Source: Methanobacterium sp.
GTDB taxonomy: Archaea > Methanobacteriota > Methanobacteria > Methanobacteriales > Methanobacteriaceae
Reading direction: 5' to 3'
Length of the DNA: 57,315 nt
NCBI GenBank assembly: GCA_039666535.1
Contig: JAVSLV010000063.1
Location: 1-57,315 of the forward strand
In this document: positions 10,810 through 22,036 of the stretch, piece by piece
How positions within the stretch are numbered: position 1 is the stretch's first letter
Layout of the letters: each line of letters begins with the position of its first letter
Translations under genes and position numbers: made by a program
The notes under the pieces: generated by a model
Told to the model about the DNA's origin: nothing
Database searches by the model: none
What the model saw: only the letters and a program-made list of their open reading frames with translations

Positions 10810-12222
10810 TTAACAGACTCTCTTTTTTTCTTTATTCAGAAAATTCCTTAAATTATTTATCGCATTTTCCACTGCCTGTGGAGAAGAACCCCCCGTTACA
10901 GTCCGAACCTTAATATTTTCATAAGGATCAAGGGCCCTCCTTATCAGTTCATCATCAAGCCCAAGTGATTTTCCAGTAACTTCAAATGCAACATTATCCA
11001 GAAATTTTGAGTCAATATCATCAATTGAAATCTTATTCTCCAGAGCCTGTGTAACCATTCTTCCAACGATCTTATGGGCCGTTCTAAAAGGCATGTTTTT
11101 GCGAACCAGCATGTCTGCAAGTTCTGTTGCAGTTGCAAAATTAGATTTTGCAAGCACAGCTACGCGTTCCCTGTTTACAGTTATTGTAGATAACATGCCA
11201 CTTATTACACCAAGCATTGATTTTACATTATCTACAGAGTTCCAAAGATGTGGAGTTAATTCCTGTAAATCACGGTTATAGCTATAGGGTAATGCCTTTA
11301 AAATAGTCATAATGGTCATTAATTCTCCTGTAAGAACTGCACTTTTTGCCCTTGCAATTTCTGCAACGTCAGGATTTTTCTTTTGGGGCATGATCGAAGA
11401 TGTTGACGAGTATTCATAGGCAATTTCAATGACCCCAAATTCATATGTGCTCCAGATTATAAGTTCTTCACATATTTTACTGAGTGTAGAAGCAAGCATC
11501 GAAAGTGCAAAAACTGTTTCTGCAATAAAATCCCTTGAACTTACAGCATCAATGGAATTTTCCATAACCTGACTGAAGCCAAGCATTTTGGTTGTCATTT
11601 CCCTGTCAATAGGAAAACTCGTAGTGGTCATGGCTGCAGAGCCAAGAGGATTCATATCAACTCGTTTATATGCGTCCATGATCCTTTCATAATCTCTTCT
11701 TAAGGCATTAGCATAGGCAAGCAGGTGGTGAGCAAAGGTGGTTGGTTGAGCATGCTGCAGGTGAGTGTAACCTACAAAAATGGTTCCTTTATGTTCATCT
11801 GCCATTTTAATGATTTCTTCAATAAACTCAATTATTGATAAACCAATGATTTTAATTTCTTTTTTTAAAACAAGTCTAAGATCTGTAGCAACCTGATCGT
11901 TTCGTGATTTGGCAGTGTGCATGAAACCTGCCTCTTCACCTATTTTAAAGGTCACATAGTTTTCCAAAGCCATGTGAATGTCTTCAACTGAAGGGTCAAG
12001 GTCAAGCGCCCCAATACCTTCCTTTTTAAGGTCTTTTAGAGCGCCTAAAATATTTTCCGCTGTTTTTTCAGGGATTATCCCCTGTTTTGCAAGCATTGTT
12101 GTGTGTGCAGCGTTAAGTTCAAGATCAGCTTCAAAAATACGTCTGTCAAATTCTAAAGAAGAAGTAAAAGATGCAGTGGCTCTGCTCATCTTTCCTTTAA
12201 GTCGTCCAGATCTTAAATTCAA
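10810..12222 (-). CDS. argH: Argininosuccinate lyase
   Basis: [18 protein letters not shown] and [11 protein letters not shown] motifs. Confidence 0.95.
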   Translation of the reverse strand: MNLRSGRLKGKMSRATASFTSSLEFDRRIFEADLELNAAHTTMLAKQGIIPEKTAENILGALKDLKKEGIGALDLDPSVEDIHMALENYVTFKIGEEAGFMHTAKSRNDQVATDLRLVLKKEIKIIGLSIIEFIEEIIKMADEHKGTIFVGYTHLQHAQPTTFAHHLLAYANALRRDYERIMDAYKRVDMNPLGSAAMTTTSFPIDREMTTKMLGFSQVMENSIDAVSSRDFIAETVFALSMLASTLSKICEELIIWSTYEFGVIEIAYEYSSTSSIMPQKKNPDVAEIARAKSAVLTGELMTIMTILKALPYSYNRDLQELTPHLWNSVDNVKSMLGVISGMLSTITVNRERVAVLAKSNFATATELADMLVRKNMPFRTAHKIVGRMVTQALENKISIDDIDSKFLDNVAFEVTGKSLGLDDELIRRALDPYENIKVRTVTGGSSPQAVENAINNLRNFLNKEKKRVC

Positions 12223-12235
12223 GGTTTTTCACCAT

Positions 12236-12391
12236 TTATTCTTTATCTTTCCATTGTGTGTATCCACACTTTCCACAGGCATGCCTGTCCCCGTGGTCTG
12301 CCATGAAAACACCGTTAGAGCATCTAACGCACTCAGGGTTTTTTCTTACGAGTTTGTTGTCCTTAACTTCATAAAGATCGCATTTTCTCAT
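12236..12391 (-). CDS. rps27ae: 30S ribosomal protein S27ae (eS31), 51 aa, not in ORF track
   Basis: Translated by hand: MRKCDLYEVKDNKLVRKNPECVRCSNGVFMADHGDRHACGKCGYTQWKDKE; follows rps24e. Confidence 0.95.
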   Translation of the reverse strand: MRKCDLYEVKDNKLVRKNPECVRCSNGVFMADHGDRHACGKCGYTQWKDKE

Positions 12392-12675
12392 TATTTCACT
12401 TCCATGTTTTTATCCAAAACATGTTTCTGTTCAATTTCTTTTAAATTTTCAAGCCTGTCATAGATTTTAGCATATCCTTCAGCTTTACCTTCTCCAAATT
12501 TAGGTAATAGCCTGCTAACTACAAGAAGATCTTTGTCTGCATCAAGTAATGCAACAAGCTTATTTTTAACGTCCATGACTTTTGGAGTAGGTTCTCCAGA
12601 GTATACACAGTCAAAGTATACTTCAGTTCTGTTTAAAAGTGGATTTTCAATTTTTTCTTTAATTTCAATTTCCAT
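12391..12675 (-). CDS. rps24e: 30S ribosomal protein S24e
   Basis: NPLLNRTEV, PTP and GYAKIY motifs; operon context. Confidence 0.93.
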   Translation of the reverse strand: MEIEIKEKIENPLLNRTEVYFDCVYSGEPTPKVMDVKNKLVALLDADKDLLVVSRLLPKFGEGKAEGYAKIYDRLENLKEIEQKHVLDKNMEVK

Positions 12676-13166
12676 TATTCAACCTCCTCAAAATAATTCA
12701 GCATTTCTTTTGCCTTTTCTCTTACTTTATCAACTTCAACAAGTACAATTCCCTCCCCCGGCTGTCCATATAATATTAAGGAGCCTTCAGGAGCCATTAA
12801 AACACAGGGAATAATTGCAAGATCCTCTTCCCCATTAACAACAATTAAAACATTTGATTTACGGGCAAAGGATTTCTGGATAGTGACCCATAATTCATCA
12901 GTTATTGCTCCTGGAGGATTCACCGCATTTAATGTAACTGCACTGTATTCTATACTATGTTTTGATGGTTTTCTTTCAATTATATTATCTATAATACTGA
13001 TTTCAGGTATTATACCTGCATTTAAAAGATTATTTGTTGTTTCATCTCCAACAGAGATTATAAAATGATTTTCAAGGACTGATCTGTTAATATCATCTAA
13101 AGTCGGATATATTTTACCAAAAGGTTTTTTAAATTCCATCCGGTGTTCTTTTTTTAATAATAACAC
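12675..13166 (-). CDS. GTP-dependent dephospho-CoA kinase (DUF359)
   Basis: VGD, NPPG, GEEDLA and YGQPGEG motifs; conserved position after spt4. Confidence 0.85.
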   Translation of the reverse strand: MLLLKKEHRMEFKKPFGKIYPTLDDINRSVLENHFIISVGDETTNNLLNAGIIPEISIIDNIIERKPSKHSIEYSAVTLNAVNPPGAITDELWVTIQKSFARKSNVLIVVNGEEDLAIIPCVLMAPEGSLILYGQPGEGIVLVEVDKVREKAKEMLNYFEEVE

Positions 13167-13190
13167 ATTTTAACCTGAAAATCCTATTAA

Positions 13191-13373
13191 TCATCTTACT
13201 CTTAAAGCATATTCTCCAGGAAGACTGATATTAAGCTCCTTTGCAATGCCTGAATTTTCAGGGTCGATCACTATTAAAAACCCACTCCAGTTTCTTGAAG
13301 TTGGAACCTTGCATACAGCGCATCTTTCATCTTCCATTACCCGGTGGCATCTTGTACATGCTTTAGTAACCAT
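13191..13373 (-). CDS. spt4: Transcription elongation factor Spt4 (RpoE'')
   Basis: ACxxC...CxxC, WSG and PGEYALRVR motifs. Confidence 0.93.
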   Translation of the reverse strand: MVTKACTRCHRVMEDERCAVCKVPTSRNWSGFLIVIDPENSGIAKELNISLPGEYALRVR

Positions 13374-13927
13374 TATTTCTTCTTCCTTTTCTCTTCTTCA
13401 ATCCATTCTTCTCTTCCAAGGCCTGGTTGCCTCATGGTAAGACCAATTTTAGTTTCTTTGGAGGATTTACCTTTAAGGCTCAATGCCACAATTCTTGCAC
13501 GGACTTTGTTTCCTTCTTCCAAGGTCTTTTTGGACTCTTTACCAAGTAAAGCTCCTCTTTTTGCGTCGTGATTTATGTAATCATCTGTTACCTGGGAAAC
13601 ATGAACCAGACCGTCCATTGGGCCCATTCGAACAAATGCCCCAAATTCTGTAATTTCAATAACTTCTCCTTCTACAATTTCTTGAAGTTCAGGCTTGAAA
13701 AACAGAGCCTGGAATGTTACATCATGATACGCTGCACCATCACCCATTATAACTCTACCCACACCTATTTCTTCCACTTCTTTAACTGTAACCATCAATC
13801 CCAGCTTTTTATCGATTTTACCCACGTAATTTTCGTTTAAAAGCTTGAAGGTCACGTCTTCGAGTGGTTCATCAAACAAAACCGGTGGAACCCTTACAGT
13901 ATCTTCAATTCTTGATATTAAATACAA
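13373..13927 (-). CDS. rpoE: RNA polymerase subunit E' (Rpo7)
   Basis: S1 domain [18 protein letters not shown]; [11 protein letters not shown]. Confidence 0.95.
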   Translation of the reverse strand: MYLISRIEDTVRVPPVLFDEPLEDVTFKLLNENYVGKIDKKLGLMVTVKEVEEIGVGRVIMGDGAAYHDVTFQALFFKPELQEIVEGEVIEITEFGAFVRMGPMDGLVHVSQVTDDYINHDAKRGALLGKESKKTLEEGNKVRARIVALSLKGKSSKETKIGLTMRQPGLGREEWIEEEKRKKK

Positions 13928-13944
13928 ATTAAACCCCTCTTGGT

Positions 13945-14466
13945 TTATTCTTTTTTATATAATTCTATTGAATGTTCTATTGCTTCTAATGCTTTTTGAG
14001 CATTTTCCCATCCTGAAACTTCGGTAGTTTTTCCTTCAAGGTATTTATATTCCTTAAAAAAATGCGCAATCTCATCTAAAAGATGGGCTGGAACATCACT
14101 GATATCATTGACCTCTTTAAATCTTGGATCCTTAACAGGTACACCTAGTATTTTATCATCATGATCATCACCATCAACCATCCTCATGATTCCAATAGGC
14201 CTTGTTTCAATTACACACCCTGGAAATGTGGGTTGCTCCATTAATACCATAATATCCATTGGATCTCCATCATCGTAAAGTGTTTGTGGAATTATCCCAT
14301 ATTCTGCCGGGTAAATAAACGGTGAGTAAAGCACCCTATCCAGTGCAAATGCTTCCATATCTTTATCATATTCATATTTGTTCCTTGACCCTTTTGGTAT
14401 CTCAATTATTGCATATACTACTTCTGGAACCGATGGTCCTGGTGCTAAATCTTTCCAAAGATTCAT
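13945..14466 (-). CDS. ppa: Inorganic pyrophosphatase (family I)
   Basis: RNKYE and DDGDPMD motifs. Confidence 0.95.
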   Translation of the reverse strand: MNLWKDLAPGPSVPEVVYAIIEIPKGSRNKYEYDKDMEAFALDRVLYSPFIYPAEYGIIPQTLYDDGDPMDIMVLMEQPTFPGCVIETRPIGIMRMVDGDDHDDKILGVPVKDPRFKEVNDISDVPAHLLDEIAHFFKEYKYLEGKTTEVSGWENAQKALEAIEHSIELYKKE

Positions 14467-14494
14467 TCATAATCACTCCAAATTAATTCAATCA

Positions 14495-14895
14495 TTAAAA
14501 CTTTGAATATCCGTCAACACATAAATATTTCCTCTGGCGTAAATATATAACGGTAATTCCTTTCTTTCTTGCTCTTCTTTTAAGTCCAGTGTCATTTGTG
14601 CACAGAACACTGGAAATGCGGAGAAGTGCATCATCAACTGGCTCTCTCTTTAAATCAACATCCCTCACAGTAATTTCGGGAGATTCAATTATTTTAAGTG
14701 CAACTGATGCTGCAATTTTATCTTTACCCTTTGATCTCTTCTTTATATCTTCAAGTTCTTTTATTACAAATGAGGGGACTACAAGTTTATAATGTGGCAT
14801 GATTTGCCCAAGTTCAGTTAATATGTCCACGTGAAATTGAGCAGGTATCATAAAAAATTTGCATCTAACACCGCTTCTTTATTTGATGATACCAT
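14495..14895 (-). pseudogene. PIN-domain protein (Fcf1/Utp24-like), apparent 1-nt deletion near the 5' end
   Basis: [14 protein letters not shown] from ATG 14895 is out of frame with MIPAQF...VDD...TND. The total span is 401 nt and the break lies in the A6 run at 14852-14857. Confidence 0.75.
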
Positions 14896-16105
14896 ATCCA
14901 ATTAACCTCCATCTTGCACCAACTCGCCTGCTTAAAGCTACTCTCTGACCAGATTCAGCACATACTGGTAATTTAAGTGTTACATCGGCAGTTTTCCCTC
15001 TGGCACTTGTAACAACACCAATTGTGGTTGCTGTCCTTATGTTTATCATTAATGGTTCTGACGATTTGATAGGGTCAACTGCTCTCTCTTCCCTGGTTCC
15101 AACAACCCTTTCCAAGAGCTTGGTTTCCATGGTAAACCTGTGTAAGATCGGTGGTAGTGTTCCTGGTTTCCCAGCAACAGATCCAGAAAGCGAATCCGCT
15201 TTAGTAAGTGCCGGGTCAAGTTTTGTTCCAACACCTATAAGTCCGCCAGGATTTACTTCCTCAACGTGCTGGCCAGCTGTATTTAAATCAACAATTTCAG
15301 AATGTAAACTCATCCATTCCATTTTTCCCTTATTTTTTATCTGGATACCTGGTTTTATCTCTATTTCATCACCGATTTTAAGTTTTCCCTGAATTAGAGA
15401 ACCGCCCATGACTCCTCCAGCTATATTTTTAGGGCTGCAGCCAGGCCTGTTAATATCAAAGGACCTGGCCACGTACATTCTTGCAGGCTTGTCCATTAAA
15501 CGTTCAGGGGTTTTAATCGTTTCATGAATCATTTCAATTAAAATATCTATGTTAGCGCCTTGCTGAGCAGATATTGGTATTATTGGTGCATCCTCTGCAC
15601 ATGTACCCTTTACAAATTCTTTTATTTCATTGAAGCTTTCAACAGCCCTTTCTTTTGATACTATGTCTATTTTATTTTGAACCACTATGACGTCCTTAAC
15701 ACCTATAACATCAAGAGCCATGAGGTGTTCTTTTGTCTGAGGCTGCGGGCAAGGTTCGTTTGCAGCTATTACAAGTACAGCACCATCCATTATAGCTGCA
15801 CCTGAAAGCATGGTTGCCATGAGTGTTTCATGCCCTGGGGAATCTACAAAGGATACTCTTCTTAATGTTTCTGTTTTGCTGCCGCATTGTTCACATATAA
15901 GGGCTGTGGTGTAGCATTGAGGGACAGGGCATTCTGTGCACTGTCTAAAGCTTATATCTGCATAACCCAGTCTTATTGATATCCCCCTTTTAGTCTCTTC
16001 ACTGTGTGTATCAGTCCATATACCTGATAGAGCCTTTGTTAATGTGGTTTTACCATGATCAACGTGTCCTACAAGCCCTATATTTATTTCAGATTGTGTT
16101 TTCAC
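14879..16105 (-). CDS. eif2g: Translation initiation factor aIF2 gamma subunit
   Basis: [17 protein letters not shown], zinc ribbon, QNKID and WRLIGYG motifs. Confidence 0.96.
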   Translation of the reverse strand: MKTQSEINIGLVGHVDHGKTTLTKALSGIWTDTHSEETKRGISIRLGYADISFRQCTECPVPQCYTTALICEQCGSKTETLRRVSFVDSPGHETLMATMLSGAAIMDGAVLVIAANEPCPQPQTKEHLMALDVIGVKDVIVVQNKIDIVSKERAVESFNEIKEFVKGTCAEDAPIIPISAQQGANIDILIEMIHETIKTPERLMDKPARMYVARSFDINRPGCSPKNIAGGVMGGSLIQGKLKIGDEIEIKPGIQIKNKGKMEWMSLHSEIVDLNTAGQHVEEVNPGGLIGVGTKLDPALTKADSLSGSVAGKPGTLPPILHRFTMETKLLERVVGTREERAVDPIKSSEPLMINIRTATTIGVVTSARGKTADVTLKLPVCAESGQRVALSRRVGARWRLIGYGIIK

Positions 16106-16137
16106 GAGTTACACCTGAATCCTTTAAAATGATTTAA

Positions 16138-16524
16138 TCATTCTGCTTCCTTGGATCCTAAAAGTTCGTCTATACTTTTAGCCCCTTTTTCTGTAACGAT
16201 TGTGTTAATTTGAACTATATCATCAGATACTGTGTTTCCACGAACAGTTTTTCTCCTTCTCTGCCCATCCCTTTTTGGTTTAAATCCAAGACCGCCAGAA
16301 AGAAGGCTTTTTATTCTTCTTGGTCCATCCACATCTTTTTTCATAGGGAACCCATTCTTATCGCTTCCACCGGTTATTTTGAGCTTGTATCCCGCCAAAC
16401 CAACTATAGAAGCTTCTATTTCTTCCCCTATTTTTAGGCCTATTAATCTTTTTGATTGTGTCTGTTCAACCTCTATTTGATGAGTTTTTTCTCCTTCTGA
16501 AATAACTAATTTAAATGCCAACAT
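16138..16524 (-). CDS. rps6e: 30S ribosomal protein S6e
   Basis: ITGGSDKNGFPM and RRRKTVRGN motifs. Confidence 0.95.
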   Translation of the reverse strand: MLAFKLVISEGEKTHQIEVEQTQSKRLIGLKIGEEIEASIVGLAGYKLKITGGSDKNGFPMKKDVDGPRRIKSLLSGGLGFKPKRDGQRRRKTVRGNTVSDDIVQINTIVTEKGAKSIDELLGSKEAE

Positions 16525-16571
16525 ATCTCCTCCATCTCATCTTTTTTAATCTGAATTATACTTCAGTTATA

Positions 16572-18341
16572 TTAATATATTCCCCAGTTAGGATTTCCCT
16601 TTCGTTTAATATCCACTATTTCGTGGAGTGTTTCATATTCATCCTCGCTGAGCTTACTTTTAAGCTCTGATTCAAGGATTTTGTAGTGATTTTCAGGTAT
16701 ATCCACGTATAGAACATCTCCTTCATCAAAATTCTTGCCAAATATTGCATCTTTTATGCTCATTGCAACTTTTTTTCCTCTTGATACTGATTTTAAGTTT
16801 TCTCCCTTATCCTGCATCCCTTCAACTTTTCCAACCCTGGAACCATCTTCCCGTATAAGACCGTAACCCTGTTTAACTGTTCCACCTAAAACTTCAATAC
16901 CTGCTATTGCAGGTTTACTATTTCTAAATATCAGTTTAGGAATTACCCTTATCTTTGCAGGCTTTACAATAGCATCCAGATATGCCTTTTTCTTTTCTTC
17001 CTCGCACAGCTCTATCCATGCCTGGTAGTCTTCAGTTAACTGGTATATAACGTTAGAAGAGAAAAGCTTAATTTCAGATGCCTTAATTTCATCGAATGCA
17101 GAGGGAAGAATCTTTACATTGAAAGCAATTATAACTCCATAAAGAGGTTCTTCTTTTTTAGAAATTGCAGCATCGACCACATCCCTTCTTGAAACATCGC
17201 CAATATTCGCTGTCCTTATTGGAATATCCATGTCTTTAAGCAGGTTAACCAGTGCTTCAAGCGAGCCCAGGGTGTCTGCCTTGACCACAATTCCAAGTTC
17301 GTCAGTATCTATTTTTATATTTTCAATTTCTTTTAAAACTTCTTCTTTTACGTCTTCAAGATCTCCAACACGTAGCGGCGACCCTGAAACAGCGTTTTCA
17401 ATGTTTGGGGCTACTATCTTGACTCCAGCAGCAGCAACAACCTCGTCAATTTTCTGGAATTTCTTCTCCCCCCGGATTTCTTCAAGAGGTCTGGGCTTTA
17501 GAAGTGAGCGTATGTTAGTGGTTATAATATTGTCAATTGTCATGATGGCAATGATATCGTTCTTTTTTAGTATTCCATCATAGATTATTGCATCTATGGT
17601 TACTCCAAGTCCAACTTCCTCTTTTACTTCAAGAATGGTTCCTTTTGCAGGGGCATCTTCTTCGATCTTAAGCTGCTCTTTTAAATATTGTCTTGCAAGC
17701 CCCATGAGCATTGCTAAAAGTTCAGGGACTCCTTCACCTGTTTTTGCACTTATAGGAACGATGCTTATTTGACTGGAAAAATCACTTATTCTATCAAATC
17801 TTTCAGATTCAAAGCCTTCCTCATGGAGAATTCCAACAAATTCATAAAGACCTGTATCAACCTTCTCCTGAACGTTTTGAGGTTGTTTATGAAAAGAGTG
17901 AAGAAACGGCGCACATTCATTTGGCTGCCATCCAAATACCCTGTCAATTTTATTTGCTGCAACTATAAAAGGAGTTTTATACATTTTAAGAATATTCAAA
18001 GCTTCATAAGTTTGCGGCTTAAACCCTTCGTTAATATCCACAATTAAAACAGCCAGATCAGCAAGAGCTCCACCCCTTTTACGGAGGGTAGTAAATGCCT
18101 CATGACCAGGAGTATCTATAAAGAAAAGCCCTGGAAGGGTTTCTTTGATGCCAAGTTTTTTAAGAAATTCACCACCAATGCTTTCTATAACTTCAATTGG
18201 GATTTCTGTTGCACCAATGTGCTGTGTGATTCCACCTGCTTCTTTTTGAGCAATACCACTACCTCTTATATAATCTAAGAGAGTGGTTTTCCCATGATCC
18301 ACATGTCCAAGTACAGAAACTATTGGTGATCTTATTTTCAA
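16572..18341 (-). CDS. infB: Translation initiation factor aIF5B (IF-2)
   Basis: [22 protein letters not shown] and [10 protein letters not shown] motifs; no intein. Confidence 0.96.
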   Translation of the reverse strand: MKIRSPIVSVLGHVDHGKTTLLDYIRGSGIAQKEAGGITQHIGATEIPIEVIESIGGEFLKKLGIKETLPGLFFIDTPGHEAFTTLRKRGGALADLAVLIVDINEGFKPQTYEALNILKMYKTPFIVAANKIDRVFGWQPNECAPFLHSFHKQPQNVQEKVDTGLYEFVGILHEEGFESERFDRISDFSSQISIVPISAKTGEGVPELLAMLMGLARQYLKEQLKIEEDAPAKGTILEVKEEVGLGVTIDAIIYDGILKKNDIIAIMTIDNIITTNIRSLLKPRPLEEIRGEKKFQKIDEVVAAAGVKIVAPNIENAVSGSPLRVGDLEDVKEEVLKEIENIKIDTDELGIVVKADTLGSLEALVNLLKDMDIPIRTANIGDVSRRDVVDAAISKKEEPLYGVIIAFNVKILPSAFDEIKASEIKLFSSNVIYQLTEDYQAWIELCEEEKKKAYLDAIVKPAKIRVIPKLIFRNSKPAIAGIEVLGGTVKQGYGLIREDGSRVGKVEGMQDKGENLKSVSRGKKVAMSIKDAIFGKNFDEGDVLYVDIPENHYKILESELKSKLSEDEYETLHEIVDIKRKGNPNWGIY

Positions 18342-18344
18342 TTT

Positions 18345-18809
18345 TTAAACCTCTAAAAAGTCATATATCAGGCTTTCATCCGGTAAAGTGTACTTACAAA
18401 TTTCATAATCCTTAAAAAACAGTGTAATTTCTCTTTTTGCGGATTCAGGAGAATCTGAGGCATGAATTATATTTCTACCAGTATCAATAGCATAATCTCC
18501 CCTTATAGTTCCAATATCTGCTTCCTTCGGATTGGTAGCACCAACCATTTTTCTTATAAGGCTTATACATTCATCACCTTCGATTACCATTACAAGGACC
18601 GGTGCTGATGTAACATAGCTTACAAGGTCATTAAAGAAAGGTTTTTCGCTGTGTTCTCCATAGTGCTCTTTTGCAAGATCTTCAGAAATTTCCATCATCT
18701 TTAAAGCAACGATCTTAAGTCCACGCTCTTCAAATCTGGCCAATACTGTTCCCATAAGCCTTCTAAGCACGGCATCTGGCTTAAGCATTACAAAACTTCT
18801 CTCAATCAT
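18345..18809 (-). CDS. ndk: Nucleoside diphosphate kinase
   Basis: KPDAV, GTIRGD and NIIHASDS motifs. Confidence 0.96.
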   Translation of the reverse strand: MIERSFVMLKPDAVLRRLMGTVLARFEERGLKIVALKMMEISEDLAKEHYGEHSEKPFFNDLVSYVTSAPVLVMVIEGDECISLIRKMVGATNPKEADIGTIRGDYAIDTGRNIIHASDSPESAKREITLFFKDYEICKYTLPDESLIYDFLEV

Positions 18810-18967
18810 TCTTTAACCCACTTGACCTTTCTTGGAACTCTTCCAAGTTTTATCTTATTTTTTTCGCATTTGCTGCTGCAGAAGAAAAATACATTTCCGT
18901 CTTTTTTGACATACATTTTTCCTGTACCTTCCTGTATCTCTTCTTTGCAGAATGAACATGTTCTCAT
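18806..18967 (-). CDS. rpl24e: 50S ribosomal protein L24e, 53 aa, not in ORF track
   Basis: Translated by hand: [53 protein letters not shown]. Confidence 0.95.
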   Translation of the reverse strand: MRTCSFCKEEIQEGTGKMYVKKDGNVFFFCSSKCEKNKIKLGRVPRKVKWVKE

Positions 18968-18981
18968 AAAACACCTCCCAA

Positions 18982-19188
18982 TTATGGAGTACGGATTTCT
19001 TTAGCTTCTCTTATTGTATCCAGTAACATTAAGATATCGCCTTCCCTTATTGGCCCCATAATGTTTCTTGTTAATATCCTACCCTTGTCTCTTCCTTCAA
19101 GTATTCTACATTTTACCTGCATGACCTCTCCAGTCATCCCGGTTCTTTTAAGAACTTCAATTACTTCAGCAGGAGTTGCATCTACCAT
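18982..19188 (-). CDS. rps28e: 30S ribosomal protein S28e
   Basis: [14 protein letters not shown] and GPIREGDIL motifs. Confidence 0.95.
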   Translation of the reverse strand: MVDATPAEVIEVLKRTGMTGEVMQVKCRILEGRDKGRILTRNIMGPIREGDILMLLDTIREAKEIRTP

Positions 19189-19225
19189 ATAATCACCCTA
19201 AAATTTTAAAGTGAGAAAAGTTAAA

Positions 19226-19597
19226 TTATTTTTTGAGTTCTTCGACTTTTTCAGTCACTTCGTTGATTAAATCTTCAGCTTCACCTGCGTCTAATATAAC
19301 TGCAGATGCTGTACCCACATTTAAACCTGCTGCTTCCCCTAATTCATCTTTTGTTTGGATGTAAACATAGGGGGTGTCTTTTTCTTCAGATAGAACAGGT
19401 AAGTGAGCTGCTATCTCTGGAGGATCAATGTCCTCTGCTATGAGTACTAATAATGCGTTACCTCTTTCTATAGCTTTGGTTACTTCATTTGTTCCTTTTC
19501 CCACTTTTCCTGTGTCTCTTGCTATCTCTAAAGCCTCAAGAGCTTTATCAGCTATTTCCTGCGGTACGTCAAATTTTACATATATTGCTTTTGCCAT
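19226..19597 (-). CDS. rpl7ae: Ribosomal/k-turn binding protein L7Ae
   Basis: [13 protein letters not shown] and IAEDIDP motifs; GGAGGT RBS before ATG 19597. Confidence 0.96.
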   Translation of the reverse strand: MAKAIYVKFDVPQEIADKALEALEIARDTGKVGKGTNEVTKAIERGNALLVLIAEDIDPPEIAAHLPVLSEEKDTPYVYIQTKDELGEAAGLNVGTASAVILDAGEAEDLINEVTEKVEELKK

Positions 19598-19611
19598 GTG
19601 ATTTACCTCCT

Positions 19612-19642
19612 TTTTCATCTGGTTTTTATACCATCTATCGGC
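19612..19642 (-). promoter_or_regulatory. Kink-turn in the rpl7ae 5' UTR, next to the SD sequence (putative autoregulation)
   Basis: RNA reads UAGA-UGGU-AUAAAA-ACCA-GAU-GAA: a canonical stem, a 3-nt bulge and tandem G.A pairs, immediately 5' of AAGGAGGU. Confidence 0.7.
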
Positions 19643-19915
19643 ATGATAATATTATCATCAACTTTTGTCTATATAAAAGTTGTTGCCTAACAGGATTTCT
19701 AAAACAAAAATGTGAATTCAAATCCTTTAAATCATCCAAAAGTTTGATTGGAGCTTTTTTTCTACCTTTTTAAAAGGTGGGATTCCGGTTCTAAAACATT
19801 TTTGATAAAAAACACTAAAAGAATCAGTAAATAGATATATAAGATCATTATTTATATACTTTATCGAGTTTGAAGCTCAAAATTTAATTTCTAAAATTGA
19901 TTCTGGAGATTAAAC

Positions 19916-21921
19916 ATGAGTCCTGAAAATAACAATTTAAACAATAAACCTCTTGTTAATGAAAAAAGCCCTTATTTAATCCAGCACGTGCATAATCCAG
20001 TTGACTGGTATCCCTGGAGTGATGAAGCATTTAAAAAGGCATCTGATGAAAATAAACCAATATTTTTATCCATAGGCTATTCAACATGCCACTGGTGTCA
20101 CGTTATGGCCCATGAATCCTTTGAAGATGAAGAAATAGGCCGTTTAATGAATGATACCTTTGTTTCAATAAAGGTAGACCGCGAAGAAAGGCCAGATCTG
20201 GATAATATTTACATGACCGTCTGTCAACTGATGACTGGAAGTGGCGGATGGCCTTTAACAATTATCATGACTCCTGATAAAAAACCGTTCTTTGCAGGGA
20301 CATATTTTGCTAAAGAGAGTGATTACGGGAGGCAGGGACTTAAGGATCTTATTTTAAATGTTAAAGAACTATGAAATACAAAGCCTGAAGAAATTTATGC
20401 TTCAGCTTTTCGCTTATTTGATGCACTCAAGAAGATCTCTGATATATCATCAGGAGACGGACTGAATAGAGATGTGCTTGATCGCTGCTATCAAAATCTT
20501 TCAACGAATTTTGATGAGATTTACGGAGGATTTGGAAAATCACCTAAATTTCCCGCTGCCCACAATCTTTTATTTTTGCTGCGCTACTGGAAACGTTCAA
20601 AAAAGGATAGAGCTTTAAAAATGGTGACTGAAACTCTTAATTCGATGCGTAATGGAGGAATCTATGATCATATAGGCTTTGGTTTTCATCGATACTCTGT
20701 AGATCAGGAATGGCTGGTTCCGCACTTTGAAAAAATGCTTTATGATCAGGCAATGATTTCAATGGCATGTATCGAAGCTTTCCAGGCGACTGGTGAAGAA
20801 AAATACAAAAATACTGCCTGTGAGATTTTTGAATACGTTCTAAGAGATATGAAATCTCCAGAGGGAGGTTTTTATTCTGCAGAAGATGCTGATAGTGAAG
20901 GTATTGAAGGAAAATTTTACATTTGGAGGAGAAAGGAAATAATGGATATACTTGGAGAAGAAGATGGTAAATTTATCTCTAAAGTGTTTAATGTGACTGA
21001 TGAAGGTAATTTTCAGGAAGAATCAACAGGTAAAAAAACAGGGACAAATATACTGCACCTTGAAAACTCAGTTGAAGATATAACTGAAATATTTGATATT
21101 TCAAAAGAAGAATTAGAAAAAAGAATAGAAAAAATCAGAAATAAACTGTTTAACCATCGTGAAAAACGAGTTCATCCACATAAAGACGATAAAATACTAA
21201 CAGACTGGAATGGGCTTATGATTTCTTCACTTGCAAAGGGATCACAGGTATTTAAAGAAGAAAAATACTTGAAAGCTGCAGAAGAATCTGCAAATTTTAT
21301 TATTAATAAAATGTGCAAAAAAAATCGTTTGATGCACAGATTCAGGGAAGGAGAATCTGCAATCACCGGGAACCTCGATGATTATGCATTCATGATTTAC
21401 GGTCTTTTAGAACTATTTGAGGCTTCATTTAACGTGGAATATCTTAAATCAGCATTATCACTTAATAAAACATTGTTAAACCATTTCTGGGATTTTGAAA
21501 CCGGAGGCTTTTATTTTACTCCAGATGATGGTGAAGAATTACTTGTAAGAAAAAAAGAGCAGAGGAGTTAGAGAGGGCATTTTCTAAGGCCATACAAAAA
21601 GTCCCAACAGGTTTTACAGGGTTCCTGCGTGCACTTGATTTTAAAATAGGACCCTCATATGAGATAGTAATTGCAGGAGAGAAAGGAGAATATGAAACAG
21701 ATAATTTCATCGATGTTCTTAGACAAAATTTCATTCCTAACAGGACTCTTGTTTTACTGGAGGATAATGAAAAAACTCCTGAACTAATAAAGGTTATTCC
21801 ATCTCTTAAAACAAAAAAAATGAAAAATGATCATGCTACAGCTTACATTTGCTTAGAAGGTACTTGTAAAGCTCCTACCAGTGACTTGAATACTTATTTA
21901 AAATTATTAAAGTTAAGCTAA
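19916..21921 (+). pseudogene. YyaL/SSP411 (DUF255 thioredoxin-domain) protein, inactivated
   Basis: SPYL..H, CHWCHVM and PHFEKMLYD motifs. In-frame TGA at 20372-20374; near 21556 the D-G-A-x-P-S-G-N-S region is missing and the frame shifts; the C-terminus (AYIC..C..P) ends at TAA 21921. Confidence 0.85.
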
Positions 21922-22014
21922 TTAGTGCTTACAGCCCCTTCCTCTCTTACTTCCAGCTTTTCTATATGTTCGTTTTGGTCTTGTTCTAACTTTAGTACCT
22001 TTAACTTTTGCCAT
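21922..22014 (-). CDS. Very basic 30-aa protein (unannotated; ribosomal-protein-like composition)
   Basis: MAKVKGTKVRTRPKRTYRKAGSKRGRGCKH; GGAGGA RBS 6 nt upstream; starts 22 nt after the ftsY stop. Confidence 0.7.
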   Translation of the reverse strand: MAKVKGTKVRTRPKRTYRKAGSKRGRGCKH

Positions 22015-22036
22015 TCTATTCCTCCTATTTTTTAAT

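Noticed and set aside
20372-20374. In-frame TGA as selenocysteine or readthrough
   Set aside because: The position corresponds to Trp, not Cys; the gene has a second lesion; Sec use is not established for Methanobacteriales.
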